A stretch of DNA of 64,000 nt, taken from contig CAIRCP010000080.1 of NCBI GenBank assembly GCA_903877095.1, forward strand, positions 4,259 through 68,258, written 5' to 3'. The notes beneath the pieces are model-generated. The model did no database searches, was not told where the DNA came from, and saw only the letters and a list, made by a program, of their open reading frames with translations. A program made the position numbers and the translations under genes. Source of the stretch: an uncultured Actinomycetes bacterium (GTDB lineage: Bacteria > Actinomycetota > Actinomycetes > Mycobacteriales > Mycobacteriaceae). Positions 19,839 to 29,383 of this stretch are shown piece after piece (the first letter of the stretch is position 1; each line of letters begins with the position of its first letter).

Positions 19839-21120
19839 TCAGTATCCGAGCCATTCCGGGTCGCCTGCCCCGCGGGGTGTGACGACCGGGTGGCCGGGTA
19901 CGTTCCAGTGGCCGGGGGTCTTGGAGAAGGTGATGCCGGGTTCGAGGTGAACTTGTTTGCCATAGGCCCCGGCGAACGAAATACCTCCGCCCAGAATCGG
20001 CTTGTGGTCGGGCTTTTCGATCGTTTCCTTCACGTAGGCGGGGTCGAACACCCCCAGCTGTGAGTACCACATGGAAAAGCGGGTCAACGAGCAGCGCACG
20101 TGGTAGCTGCCGCCGTGTCTGGCGCGCAGGATCAGCGCGGCGACAACACCCATAGCGGTGAGGTAGCCGGCGAGATAGTCATTGAGGATCACCGTCGGGG
20201 GAAGCAGTGGGTGCTCCTCGGAGCCCTCCAGGACGGCGTAACCCGAGGTGCAGTTGGCGTCCATGTCGAACCCACCCCGGCCCTGCCAGGGGCCCTCCCA
20301 GCCGAAGGCGCGCAGCGACGTGTAGATGATGCCCGGACGCACCGCCGCGATCTGCTCGGCGGACAGGCCCAGGTCGGCGATCTTCCTGCCCCGGAAGTTC
20401 TCCACCAGGACGTCTGCTCCTTTGAGGACCTCGAGGACCTTCGCCTTGTAGGCCGGCAGGGTGAGGTCCATCCAGGTCGAGCGGAACCCGAGATGGGTGT
20501 CTTGAAGCAACGCGTCGTATTCGTATTCCGGGCGCGCCATGTGCAGGACTTCGGCACCTTGCTCCGATCTTGACGATCTCGATCATCGGGGTGCCGGCCA
20601 GGATCGCACCCTGCGGATGGGTGTACCACTCCTCGGGGGTACGGACCATCGAGCCGATCATGCCGCGTGCGGCGGCGGCGTTCTCCAGGTCCAGGGCGTT
20701 CCACTTCGCGATGGACGCAGCCATCGAGTCCTTGTTCAGATCCGCCTTGAGTAGTTCCATCCATTGGGGCACCGCCAGCGGATACGCAGCGGTTGGCAGA
20801 TACCACCGCTCGTCCTTAGTGGGAAACATGCTGAATCCCAACGGGTTCACCCGCGGGTCGACGAAGTACGGCTGGTAGGGATAGCCGCCCACCGACGGGG
20901 TGAACATCGCCAACGGGTTGATGTGCACGACCGCACGACGAAGGTCGACCGACAGATCCTGCTCCGGCCCGCCCCGCATCCGGTAGAAGATCTGGGTTGC
21001 CGCGGCAGGGCCCATCATCCCCATCGCCATGATGGCCCCGAGTCGGTGATTGCTGGGCAGGATCGGGTCGGCGCCGGTGAAAGTTATCCGTCCACCGGTG
21101 TCGGCGGGATCCAGGCCCAC
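19839..21120 (-). pseudogene. family III (CaiB/BaiF-type) CoA-transferase with an out-of-frame internal deletion
   Basis: The N-terminal part (21120 downward) ends ..GTPMIEIVKIG. The C-terminal part continues in another frame as SEQGAEVLHMARPEYEY..ENFRGRKIADLGL... The segment that normally carries the Rossmann-like L.G.RVLD....AGP motif is missing. The junction at 20561-20584 lies in repeated AGATCG motifs. Confidence 0.7.
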
Positions 21121-21362
21121 CCCACCAGTAGAGCCGCGAAATCACTAGGGGTGTCAACGTCGTCGGTAACCCGGTTCGGCTGCCACGACTCGGCCATGCG
21201 GTATCCCTAACTCTGTGTGTGCGATTGCGATCGAAAGAGCTTCGAGGTTGTGCGCGTCAGCGTAATCAACCACGGACGCTGCTGACAGCGTCACGACTCG
21301 AATCGAATACGATTTCATCCGGTTTTGGACCCCTTTTCCGATCCTGATGGTGGAAGCTCGCG

Positions 21363-22208
21363 ATGGCGAAACGAACGCAACTGCCGCCGACATCCCCGGC
21401 GGTGCGGCGTAGCGGCACCGTGGCGATGCTGATTGCCGCAATCTTGAGTGCAGGATGCGGCAGTCTCGAGCGTGGCGCTGCCGAACCCGATCGCGATTCC
21501 GGGCAGATGGTGGTGACCTACCAGAACGCGACAACGCCGGCCGCGCGTAGTGGGCGCACGCTGATGACGAACGCCCACATGTTGGAAGACATGGCCCGCT
21601 ACGTCAACAGTTATCTGAAGCTTCCCTATTCGGTCGCACTGGTGGGCGCACAGTGCAACGAGGCGAACGCGTTCTGGAATGCCGGCGACAAGAAGATCAC
21701 GATCTGCTACGAGTACGCAGACCTCATGCTGAACCTCTTCAAAGCCAGCATTGACGGACACGCGGCCGACCCCGCCAAGGCAGCGGTCAACGCCCAGATC
21801 GCCACGGCCTACCACGAACTCGGCCATGCGATCATCGCCATCTACGACCTCCCGGCGACGGGAAGCCATGAGGACGCCGCCGATCAACTCGCCGCCTACA
21901 TGTGGCTCGTGCCTGACGAGAACATGAAGAACGACGCGCCCCAAGTCGTTGTCGACTACGCCGAGATGCTCAAGCAGCACGCACTGACCCGCCAGACCCT
22001 CTCCGTCGCGGACTTCGCCGACGAGCACCCCCCGGACATCACCCGGATGTACAACCTCGCTTGCTGGGTCTACGGCTCGAACCCGGCCGTCCATGCCGAC
22101 ATGATCACCCAGGTGGGGCTTCCGGGCGAAAGAGCCAGCCGCTGCGAGTGGGAATTCCAGAATCTGACCAAGGCCTGGAACGCGCTGCTGGAACCGCACC
22201 TGAAGTGA
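21363..22208 (+). CDS. putative lipoprotein metallopeptidase (DUF4344-like, HExxH)
   Basis: Signal peptide with lipobox LSAGC. YHELGHAIIAIYDLPATGSHEDAADQLAAY matches the HExxH plus downstream E/D pattern of the DUF4344 family. Confidence 0.7.
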   Translation: MAKRTQLPPTSPAVRRSGTVAMLIAAILSAGCGSLERGAAEPDRDSGQMVVTYQNATTPAARSGRTLMTNAHMLEDMARYVNSYLKLPYSVALVGAQCNEANAFWNAGDKKITICYEYADLMLNLFKASIDGHAADPAKAAVNAQIATAYHELGHAIIAIYDLPATGSHEDAADQLAAYMWLVPDENMKNDAPQVVVDYAEMLKQHALTRQTLSVADFADEHPPDITRMYNLACWVYGSNPAVHADMITQVGLPGERASRCEWEFQNLTKAWNALLEPHLK

Positions 22209-22377
22209 CCTACGGGCAGGACTCCCCGGTCTTCACAACGCCGAACACGATGCTGGTCTGGGACGTGAGCTCAGTGCCATCGCCAGCAGGCCTCGCCAGC
22301 AGGCCTAGGGGAGAAAGTCACCAGTGCCGGTCATGGTGGTGACGACGGCCGCACCGCGGTCGTAGCGTAGAGCCACG

Positions 22378-23751
22378 ATGAGTGAATTCATGAGCCAGAC
22401 AGACGCGTTCACCTGGGCGATGGAGTCCGACCCCCGATTGCGCTCGACGGTGGTGACCGTCATCCTCCTGGACCGCTCCCCGGACTGGGACGTGGTGCGG
22501 GAACGCTTCGCGGTGGTGGCGCGCAATCTGCCGATGTTCCGGCAGATCGTGGTCGAGACCCCCGGACCAACCCCGCCGCGCTGGGAGCCTGCGCCGGACT
22601 TCGATCCCGACTTCCACCTGCGCCGGGTGTCCGCGCCGGAGCCGGGCAACTTGGCGGGCGTGCTGGAGATGGCCCGGGTAGCGGCGATGTCGGACTTCGA
22701 CCGGGCCCGGCCGCTGTGGACGGCGACGCTGATCGACGGCCTCGACGACGGCGGGGCTGCGGTGCTGATGAAGTTCCACCACGCCCTCACCGACGGGGTC
22801 GGCGGGGTGCAGATCGCGATGACGATCTTCGACCTCACCGAGGAACCGCGGCAGTTGGAGGCGGTCTCCGCCGGCGCCGACGAGCCCGAGGTGCATTCCC
22901 ACGGTCCGCTCAGCGACTACGTCGACGCCATCCGCTACGACGTCGGGGTAGTGCGCCGCGCAGTGACCGGTGCGGTGACCAGCGCTCCGAAGCTGTTGTT
23001 CACCACCGTCCGCCGGCCGATCAAGTCGGCCGAGTCCGCCGCGGAACTGGCGGCGTCGGTGTACCGGTTCGTCCGTCCGGTATCGCAGACCGGGTCCACG
23101 TTGATGAAGGAACGCACCCTGGTGCGGCGGTTGGCGGTGCACCAGGTGCCGCTGGCCCAGCTCAAGGAGGCAGCCCACCGGGGCGGCGGCGCGCTCAATG
23201 ACGCGTTCGTGGCCGGGATTTCCGGCGGGCTTCGCCGCTATCACGAAAAGCACGGCGCCACGGTGGGCGAGTTGCACCTGACGATGCCCATCAGCATCCG
23301 CAAAGAGGGCGACGAGATGGGCGGCAACCACATCACGCTGGCCCGCTTCGACGTCCCGGTCGGTATTGCGGACCCGGCCAAGCGGATCAGCGAGACCCGG
23401 CAGCGCTGCATCCAGGTCCGCAACGAACGGTCGACCGCCTACGTCCAGATCCTCGCCGGCGCGATGAACCTGATGCCCCGCTGGTACATCGGCTCGATGT
23501 TGCGCAAGGTCGACTTCCTGGCCAGCGATGTACCCGGCATTCCGGTGCCGGTCTACCTCGGCGGCGCCAAGGTGAGGATGCAGTACGCCTTCGGGCCCAC
23601 CATCGGCGCTTCGGTGAACGTCACCCTGCTGACCTACGTCGACACCTGCTCATTGGGCATCGATGTCGACACCGGCGCGATCCCGGACTTCGAACAGTTC
23701 TACGACTGCCTGGTCGAAGGTTTCGACGAGGTGCTCGCCCTGGCGGACTGA
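22378..23751 (+). CDS. wax ester synthase / diacylglycerol acyltransferase (WS/DGAT) family
   Basis: 457 aa with the catalytic HHxxxDG motif (KFHHALTDGVGG). Typical length and C-terminal DUF1298-like half. Confidence 0.9.
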   Translation: MSEFMSQTDAFTWAMESDPRLRSTVVTVILLDRSPDWDVVRERFAVVARNLPMFRQIVVETPGPTPPRWEPAPDFDPDFHLRRVSAPEPGNLAGVLEMARVAAMSDFDRARPLWTATLIDGLDDGGAAVLMKFHHALTDGVGGVQIAMTIFDLTEEPRQLEAVSAGADEPEVHSHGPLSDYVDAIRYDVGVVRRAVTGAVTSAPKLLFTTVRRPIKSAESAAELAASVYRFVRPVSQTGSTLMKERTLVRRLAVHQVPLAQLKEAAHRGGGALNDAFVAGISGGLRRYHEKHGATVGELHLTMPISIRKEGDEMGGNHITLARFDVPVGIADPAKRISETRQRCIQVRNERSTAYVQILAGAMNLMPRWYIGSMLRKVDFLASDVPGIPVPVYLGGAKVRMQYAFGPTIGASVNVTLLTYVDTCSLGIDVDTGAIPDFEQFYDCLVEGFDEVLALAD

Positions 23752-23845
23752 CCGGGTTTCAGCGACCGGCGTGCGGGTCAGCTGACAACTCCGCCAACTG
23801 CGTGAATAGCGGAATCCTGGCGGTCGGATATCCTCGCGAGCAAAC

Positions 23846-24907
23846 ATGCTGACAAAGGGGAACGTCATGTCGAGCCTTGGTGTCCGAGACCATCTGGTTT
23901 TACCCGCGGCGGTGGCTCTCGCGCTGGGTCTGGTTACGGTGGCGCAGCCGAACCCGGGGGCATCCTCGCCCCGGTTCGCCGGGGTGTCCGCCATCCGGTT
24001 GCAGGCCGAAGTCACCGGCTTCGTCGCCGGAGTTGCCGACGGCGCGGTCGACGGGTTGGCGTCTGCGCCGCTCGCGGCGGTATCGGCGGCTCCCGCCGCG
24101 GCGGCGTCGGCGGCTCCCGCCGCGGCGACGGCGTCAGCGCTCGGCGCGCCCTACCCTTCGACGTTCCTGGAAAAATGGGTCGACAGCCTGCCGCCGGAGA
24201 TCCAGAGCATCGTCATTCCCCCGCTCTACGTCATGGCGATGGTCGTCGGGGCGATCCTGGGAGTCGTCTACACCATTTTCGGGTGGCCCAAGGATCTGAT
24301 GCCCGCCGCCGCGGTCGCACCGCCGGCGAAACGCGGTACGGCCGCAGCCGCGGCAGCAGAACCTGTTGGCGCCCCTGCGGATTCGAGTGTGACGTCGGCG
24401 ACGCCGGGCGTGGATCGTGCGCCGGAGCACGCCCCCGAGGCCGACGGCGGCGCACCGGCCGACACGGGCGCCGCGCCAGCCCCCGCGGGTCAGACCCGGG
24501 GCCGCCATCCGGCGCCGGTCGCCGTCGCCGAGGACATCGCCGTCGCCGAGGACGTCGTGACGACGGCCGCTGCTGTCGGCGCCGTCGCGCCGAGATCCGT
24601 TACACCGCAAGCCCCCCCGACGGCTGTCGCCACCGAGGCCGCTCCGGCGGCTGTCGCCGCTGACGCCGCTCCGGCGGCTGTCGCCGCTGACGCCACTCCG
24701 GCCGCTGTCGCCGCTCACGCTGCTACGGGGGCTATCGCAACCGACGCGCCCGCAGCAGACGTGGCCGCCGACCCGGCGCCCGCGGCGAGCCAGGCGAATG
24801 ACGCGCCGGACGCCGGCAACCACCCGAGCCGGTCGCGGATCCGCTCGTCTCAGAACGACTCCGCGGACTCCGCATCGGCGCGGACGGTCAGGCGCTCAGC
24901 TCGATGA
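23846..24907 (+). CDS. Ala/Pro-rich repetitive secreted/membrane protein (hypothetical)
   Basis: Signal-like N-terminus (LVLPAAVALALGLVTVA) and one internal TM helix (IVIPPLYVMAMVVGAILGVVYTIF). The rest is low-complexity A/P/D-rich with in-frame tandem repeats. The start may be ATG 23867. Confidence 0.55.
   Translation: MLTKGNVMSSLGVRDHLVLPAAVALALGLVTVAQPNPGASSPRFAGVSAIRLQAEVTGFVAGVADGAVDGLASAPLAAVSAAPAAAASAAPAAATASALGAPYPSTFLEKWVDSLPPEIQSIVIPPLYVMAMVVGAILGVVYTIFGWPKDLMPAAAVAPPAKRGTAAAAAAEPVGAPADSSVTSATPGVDRAPEHAPEADGGAPADTGAAPAPAGQTRGRHPAPVAVAEDIAVAEDVVTTAAAVGAVAPRSVTPQAPPTAVATEAAPAAVAADAAPAAVAADATPAAVAAHAATGAIATDAPAADVAADPAPAASQANDAPDAGNHPSRSRIRSSQNDSADSASARTVRRSAR
24083..24130 (+). repeat. 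2 x 24-bp in-frame tandem repeat (SAAPAAAA/SAAPAAAT)
   Basis: TCGGCGGCTCCCGCCGCGGCGGCG followed by TCGGCGGCTCCCGCCGCGGCGACG. Confidence 0.75.
24611..24718 (+). repeat. about 4 x 27-bp in-frame tandem repeat (AAPAAVAAD units)
   Basis: GCCGCTCCGGCGGCTGTCGCCGCTGAC occurs at 24638-24664 and 24665-24691. Diverged copies lie at 24611-24637 and 24692-24718. Confidence 0.8.
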
Positions 24908-27518
24908 CCTCCGCGTCGGCCACGCCGTCATAGCGGGCCGGCGTGCAGGTCAGCACGATCACCTGACCGCGGTCACCGACGCTGCCCAGGACGGCACCCA
25001 TCTTGACCAGACGGTCGGGATCGGTAAAACCGAGTGCGTCGTCGATGATCACCGGAACGGTGTCCTCCTTCGCGACCAGCGCTGCGCCGGCCAACCGGGC
25101 GAGAATGCCCAATTGCTCCTTGGCGCCGCCGGACAGCGAGGCATAGGGCACCGTGCACCCGTCGAGTGTGCGGGTCAGGATGGTCAGATCGGTGTCGACG
25201 TCGACCTCGAAACTGGCGCCGAACACCTCCCGTCCCAACCGCTCCAATTCGGCTCGGTAGGGCGCGACATAGCGCTGACGGGTGTTGTCGCGATGCCGGA
25301 TCATGGTGTCCCGCAACAGCTGCGCTGCGCCGGCCCGCTCCTGGACTCGGGCGAATGCGGCACGGGCCCGCCTCAGTTCGGCTTCGGCCTCGTCGAGTTG
25401 GCCCTGACGGCCCTCGTTCCCGATCACGGTCAGTTCGACGGTCAGGTCACGAAGCGCGAGGGTGGTGGCATCGCGGTCGGCGGTGATGGTCACGACGTCG
25501 GCCGATGCCGCAGCCAGTTCGGCCGCGACGGCGTCCGGGTCGTGGGCCGCATACCGCTCGGCGAGTGCGGCCACAGCCTCGTCGGCGAGGCATTGCGCCT
25601 GAGCGTCGGCGGTGGCCTGGGCGGCGACGACGTCGTCGGGTACGGCGGTGCGAAGCGTCGCCAAATCGTCACGCACCCGGGCAAATTCGGTGTTCGCGGC
25701 TGCCAGCCGGTCCCGCACCAGGGCCGCGGCGGTGGACTTCACGTTGAACTCCGCGGTGGCGGCGGTGGCGGCCTGCTGTCGGGCGTCGGCGTCGGCGCGG
25801 GCGGCACGCAGGCCCGCGTCGGCTGACGACAGCTGCGCGGCGGCCGTCTCGGCGTCCGGTCCATTGCCCTCGGACAGCGTGCCCTTCAGCTTCGCCCGGC
25901 GGGCGCGCAACGCCTCGACGTCGTCGCCGCCGCACAGCGCCTCCAGCGCCGCGGTGAGCTGGCCCAGGCTGACCGTCAGGGCGTGGCGCTGCTGGTCGAG
26001 GTCCCGGGCTTCGGCGACGTCGGCCACCCCGCCGCGCGCCAGCGCAGCGTCCAGAAGGCGTTGGGCGGCAACAAGATCCTGCTGCAATTGGACTACCGAC
26101 GAGCCTGGATCGATCCGGACCGTCAGCACACCGGGGACTTCCACGGTGACTGCAGACGAGGCGGGCCGGGTCCACGGCTGGTCGACAGTCAGCGTGCGCG
26201 GCTGGCCGTCGACGACTACCGGGAGATCGGCGGGCACGGTGAACTCCACCGCGCCGGCGGTGGCACATAGCTGGGTCTGCAGCCGGTCCGCCTGATCGGC
26301 GTGGGCGTCGATGTCGGCCATGACCGCGTCGGTGAGGGTGATGGCGGCCAGTTGAACCCTCAGCCGTGCGCAGCCGGCCTCGGCGTCGTCGATGCGCTGC
26401 AGCCGGGCGGACAACCGTTCGGCTTCGTCGCGAGCCGCGTCGCGAGCCACACAGGCTTCGGCGGTGGCGCGCGCCGCATCGAACCGCTGCTGGGCGGTGG
26501 CCAGCGCGGCGGCGGCCTGCTCGGCGGCCGCGGCGGCGATGTCGAACGCCTGCTTGGCGGCCACCTCCAGCTGTTCGGCGGCAGCGAGCTGATCCTGCAG
26601 CCCGACAAAGGTGGCCGCTCGGCGTTCCCCGTCGGCGATGAGTTGCCGGCGTTGGCCGTTACTCATGGCCGAGTTCGAGCATTTGGACTTCGCCGACTCG
26701 GCCGTCAGGCGCGCCTGGTCCAGATGTTCGGCCAGTTCGGCCAGCACGCTATGGGCGGCGTGGGCGGTGGCCAGCCGCTGCTGCGCCGGGGCGAGGGCGG
26801 TCCGCAGATCCTGCAGCGCCGCGGACAGTTGCTCGTGGCGGCACACCCGTTCGTCGACCTCCTCCACCGCGTCGCGGCAGCGGCGCACCTCGGCCTCCGC
26901 CGCTGTCACGCGATCGATGGCGGCTTTCCACTCTTTGGTCGGCTTGCCGGCCGCCTTGGTGAAGTACCGCTCGAACTCCTCGTCGATTCGGTCGATGAGC
27001 AGAGCATCCACACCCGTCGGGGAAGCGGCGACCTCCCCGGCGGCGGCGTCCAGCGCTCGGGCCAGTGCGTCCGAACCAGACAGATTCACCGCTGTGGTAG
27101 TCGACGACTGCAACACCCGCTGGGCATCCCACAGCTTGGTGTCGACCGTTTCGGAGAGCATGGCTTCCACACGTTCGTGGGCCTCGTCGGCGGTGAGGTG
27201 TTCGCGCTTGGGCTCGATGATGTCCAGTTCGGTCATGTGCCGCTTGTGGAATCGCTTGCGGTAGACGAACCGGTACGGCCCAGTGCTGATTTCGGCTTCG
27301 ACTTGAGCGCCGACATCGGCGTTGGCGGTCTTGACCTGCTTGACGTCGCGGTGCGTGGAGCGGTCCCGGTAGGTCAGCAGCAGATCGAGTGCCTCGAGCA
27401 TCGACGACTTACCGATCTCGTTGGGTCCGCACACCACCACCACACCATGGGCTGGAAAGCAGATCTCCCGATCCTGGACGCCACGAAAGTTGTTCAGCCG
27501 CAACCGGTGCAGGATCAC
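24888..27518 (-). CDS. SbcC/Rad50-like AAA ATPase with long Ala-rich coiled coil (Rv1278-like)
   Basis: The GTG at 27518 (GTGA overlap with the upstream nuclease gene) gives VILHRLRLNNFRGV..GPNEIGKSS (Walker A). The C-terminus has LSGGAKEQLGILARL (signature) and PVIIDDALGFTD (Walker B). 876 aa. The 1153-aa track ORF is an upstream over-extension. Confidence 0.85.
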   Translation of the reverse strand: MILHRLRLNNFRGVQDREICFPAHGVVVVCGPNEIGKSSMLEALDLLLTYRDRSTHRDVKQVKTANADVGAQVEAEISTGPYRFVYRKRFHKRHMTELDIIEPKREHLTADEAHERVEAMLSETVDTKLWDAQRVLQSSTTTAVNLSGSDALARALDAAAGEVAASPTGVDALLIDRIDEEFERYFTKAAGKPTKEWKAAIDRVTAAEAEVRRCRDAVEEVDERVCRHEQLSAALQDLRTALAPAQQRLATAHAAHSVLAELAEHLDQARLTAESAKSKCSNSAMSNGQRRQLIADGERRAATFVGLQDQLAAAEQLEVAAKQAFDIAAAAAEQAAAALATAQQRFDAARATAEACVARDAARDEAERLSARLQRIDDAEAGCARLRVQLAAITLTDAVMADIDAHADQADRLQTQLCATAGAVEFTVPADLPVVVDGQPRTLTVDQPWTRPASSAVTVEVPGVLTVRIDPGSSVVQLQQDLVAAQRLLDAALARGGVADVAEARDLDQQRHALTVSLGQLTAALEALCGGDDVEALRARRAKLKGTLSEGNGPDAETAAAQLSSADAGLRAARADADARQQAATAATAEFNVKSTAAALVRDRLAAANTEFARVRDDLATLRTAVPDDVVAAQATADAQAQCLADEAVAALAERYAAHDPDAVAAELAAASADVVTITADRDATTLALRDLTVELTVIGNEGRQGQLDEAEAELRRARAAFARVQERAGAAQLLRDTMIRHRDNTRQRYVAPYRAELERLGREVFGASFEVDVDTDLTILTRTLDGCTVPYASLSGGAKEQLGILARLAGAALVAKEDTVPVIIDDALGFTDPDRLVKMGAVLGSVGDRGQVIVLTCTPARYDGVADAEVIELSA

Positions 27519-28660
27519 GCCGCCCCCTCTTTGAGTCTCAGCAGCAGAGCAAGTGCGCTGCGCGCCGCGTCCGCACTTGCGCCCTCGGAGCGCGCTGAGT
27601 GCATCAACTCGGCCACCGCGTCGGCGGCGAATCCGCCGATGCCGAGGTCCTCGAACTCGTCGTCGGCCGGCATCACGGCGATGTCGGTGTGCCGGTCCCA
27701 GGTGCCCAGGAAGGCGAAGAGCCGGGAGTGCCGGTCCAGGCAGGCGTCCAGCGCCGCCCGGTCGGTGACCGTCAGTGTGCCGACCAGGCCCAGTTGCACG
27801 ACTGTGCGGTCTTTGGCGGTCAGCTGGTCGAGATTGAGGTCGAGATCGGCAATGTCGCGGCGGTTGTTGACCTCGTGGTGCAGGGTGAGGAACCGCCAGT
27901 TGCCGACCGTGCGGGACTCGATGCTCACCGGATGTGCCGGATCGTCGAGGTCGAGGTCGACGACGATCACATGTCCGGAGTCGGCTTCCCTGTGGTCGTA
28001 GTTGGTGACCTCCGGTGAACCCGAGTACCACACCCGACCACTGTCGCCGACCGAGGTGCGAGAGTGCTTGTCCCCCAGTGCGACATAGTGAACAGCCGAG
28101 CGGATCAGCGCGGCGTCCAGTCCGGCCGCCGCGATGTGCGCCGGGTTGTCCCGGTCCGGGTCGAGGGTGTCGACGGCGCCGTGGGCGACCAGGATGCGGG
28201 CGGTCCCGTCGGCCTCCAACTCGGCCAGCGGGGCTGCGGTCAGGTCGGTGGTGGGCTTCTTGGACCGCCACGGCGCCGCCACGATCTGCACCCCCGGGCG
28301 CACCTGCCACACGCCCGCCCGGTCGAGCACCGTCACGTTGTCCGGGCATTCTTTGCTGAACAACGCACCGGTGTAGACCGACGAGGCATCCAGCGGATCG
28401 TGGTTGCCCGGCAACAGGTACACCGGAACCCCGATGGCGCGCATGGCCTCCAGCGACTGGCTGACCACCTTCGGCGCGAGTTGGTTGGCGTCGAACACGT
28501 CACCGGCGACCACGACGAATTCCGCCCCGGTTTCCCTGGCCAACGGGCCTAACGCTGCCACGGCCTCACGGCGGGCGGCCGAATAGCGCGACTGTGCTTC
28601 TGCATCCAGGAAGTGCCGCGTCATCCCCAACTGCCAGTCCGCGCTGTGCAGGAACCTCAT
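27515..28660 (-). CDS. SbcD/Mre11-like metallophosphoesterase nuclease subunit (Rv1277-like)
   Basis: MRFLHSADWQLG, VVVAGDVFD, LLPGNHD and VAHG are calcineurin-like phosphoesterase motifs. Start chosen at the Met that begins the family N-terminus. Confidence 0.85.
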   Translation of the reverse strand: MRFLHSADWQLGMTRHFLDAEAQSRYSAARREAVAALGPLARETGAEFVVVAGDVFDANQLAPKVVSQSLEAMRAIGVPVYLLPGNHDPLDASSVYTGALFSKECPDNVTVLDRAGVWQVRPGVQIVAAPWRSKKPTTDLTAAPLAELEADGTARILVAHGAVDTLDPDRDNPAHIAAAGLDAALIRSAVHYVALGDKHSRTSVGDSGRVWYSGSPEVTNYDHREADSGHVIVVDLDLDDPAHPVSIESRTVGNWRFLTLHHEVNNRRDIADLDLNLDQLTAKDRTVVQLGLVGTLTVTDRAALDACLDRHSRLFAFLGTWDRHTDIAVMPADDEFEDLGIGGFAADAVAELMHSARSEGASADAARSALALLLRLKEGAA

Positions 28661-28767
28661 CCCCCGTACGGTCCTTTCGACGGTTCTCCAGTGTGTCGGC
28701 GCGAGTGTATGGCCGGGCTCTGACAAGTCTGGGGATGTGCGACGGCATGTGCCCTAACCTGGGACGG

Positions 28768-29259
28768 ATGAGAACCCTGGTGCTGATGCGGCATTCCAAG
28801 TCCGACTATCCCGACGGGGTGCCCGACCACGAGCGGCCGCTGGCGCCGCGGGGCGAACGGGAGGCCGCGCTGGCCGGTGAGTGGCTGCGGTCCAACCTCG
28901 GCGACATCGACGCCGTGCTGTGCTCTTCGGCGACCCGGACGCGTCAGACGCTGGCCTATACCGGGGTGCAGGCGCGGATAGCGTTCCTGGACGAGCTTTA
29001 CGGCGCCGCGCCCGGAACGATGATTCGGGCGATCAACGAGATCAGGGACACGGTGCACACGTTGCTCGTCGTCGGCCACGAGCCGACGGTCAGCCACGTC
29101 ACCCTCGGACTCGCCGGCCCCGGCAGCGACCGCGACGCCGCCGAACACGTCGCATTGAAATTCCCGACCTCGGGGATCGCGGTGCTCACCGTGCCGGGAT
29201 CGTGGTCGGACCTCACATTGGACGGCGCCGAACTGGTGAAATTCCAGGTTCCGCGATAG
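28768..29259 (+). CDS. histidine phosphatase family protein (SixA-like)
   Basis: MRTLVLMRHSKS (RH catalytic motif) and ..LLVVGHEPT (second His motif). 163 aa. Rv1276c-like position. Confidence 0.8.
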   Translation: MRTLVLMRHSKSDYPDGVPDHERPLAPRGEREAALAGEWLRSNLGDIDAVLCSSATRTRQTLAYTGVQARIAFLDELYGAAPGTMIRAINEIRDTVHTLLVVGHEPTVSHVTLGLAGPGSDRDAAEHVALKFPTSGIAVLTVPGSWSDLTLDGAELVKFQVPR

Positions 29260-29383
29260 GACTGCCCGGGCCGAAGGACCAAAGGCATCACTACAGGCCG
29301 TTCCCAATGTCCCTCAGGGCGTGGTCTGGAAGCATCGCACCTAAGGGGCCCACCTGCGTCAGGCGCGGACCGCCCCCAACCGA

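Noticed and set aside
22281-22342. 13-bp tandem duplication CGCCAGCAGGCCT x2 (22281-22306) and a 7-bp-stem hairpin GTCACCA..TGGTGAC upstream of the WS/DGAT gene.
   Set aside because: Both are real in the sequence, but they are short and lack context. They are too weak to call a regulatory element.
25500-26750. Highly Ala/Arg/Glu-rich repetitive-looking stretch inside the SbcC-like gene.
   Set aside because: It is consistent with the long antiparallel coiled coil of Rad50/SbcC-type ATPases. No exact nucleotide repeats were seen.
24888-28349. 1153-aa version of the SbcC-like ORF. Similar long versions are 39493..41244, 48101..50410, 38228..39988, 14594..16237, 15622..18069 and 39724..41364.
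   Set aside because: The upstream extensions are Arg/Pro-rich nonsense that overlaps neighbouring real genes. Family N-termini, SD-like sequences and ATGA/GTGA coupling point to internal starts (27518, 40881, 49780, 39496, 15296, 16234, 40942).
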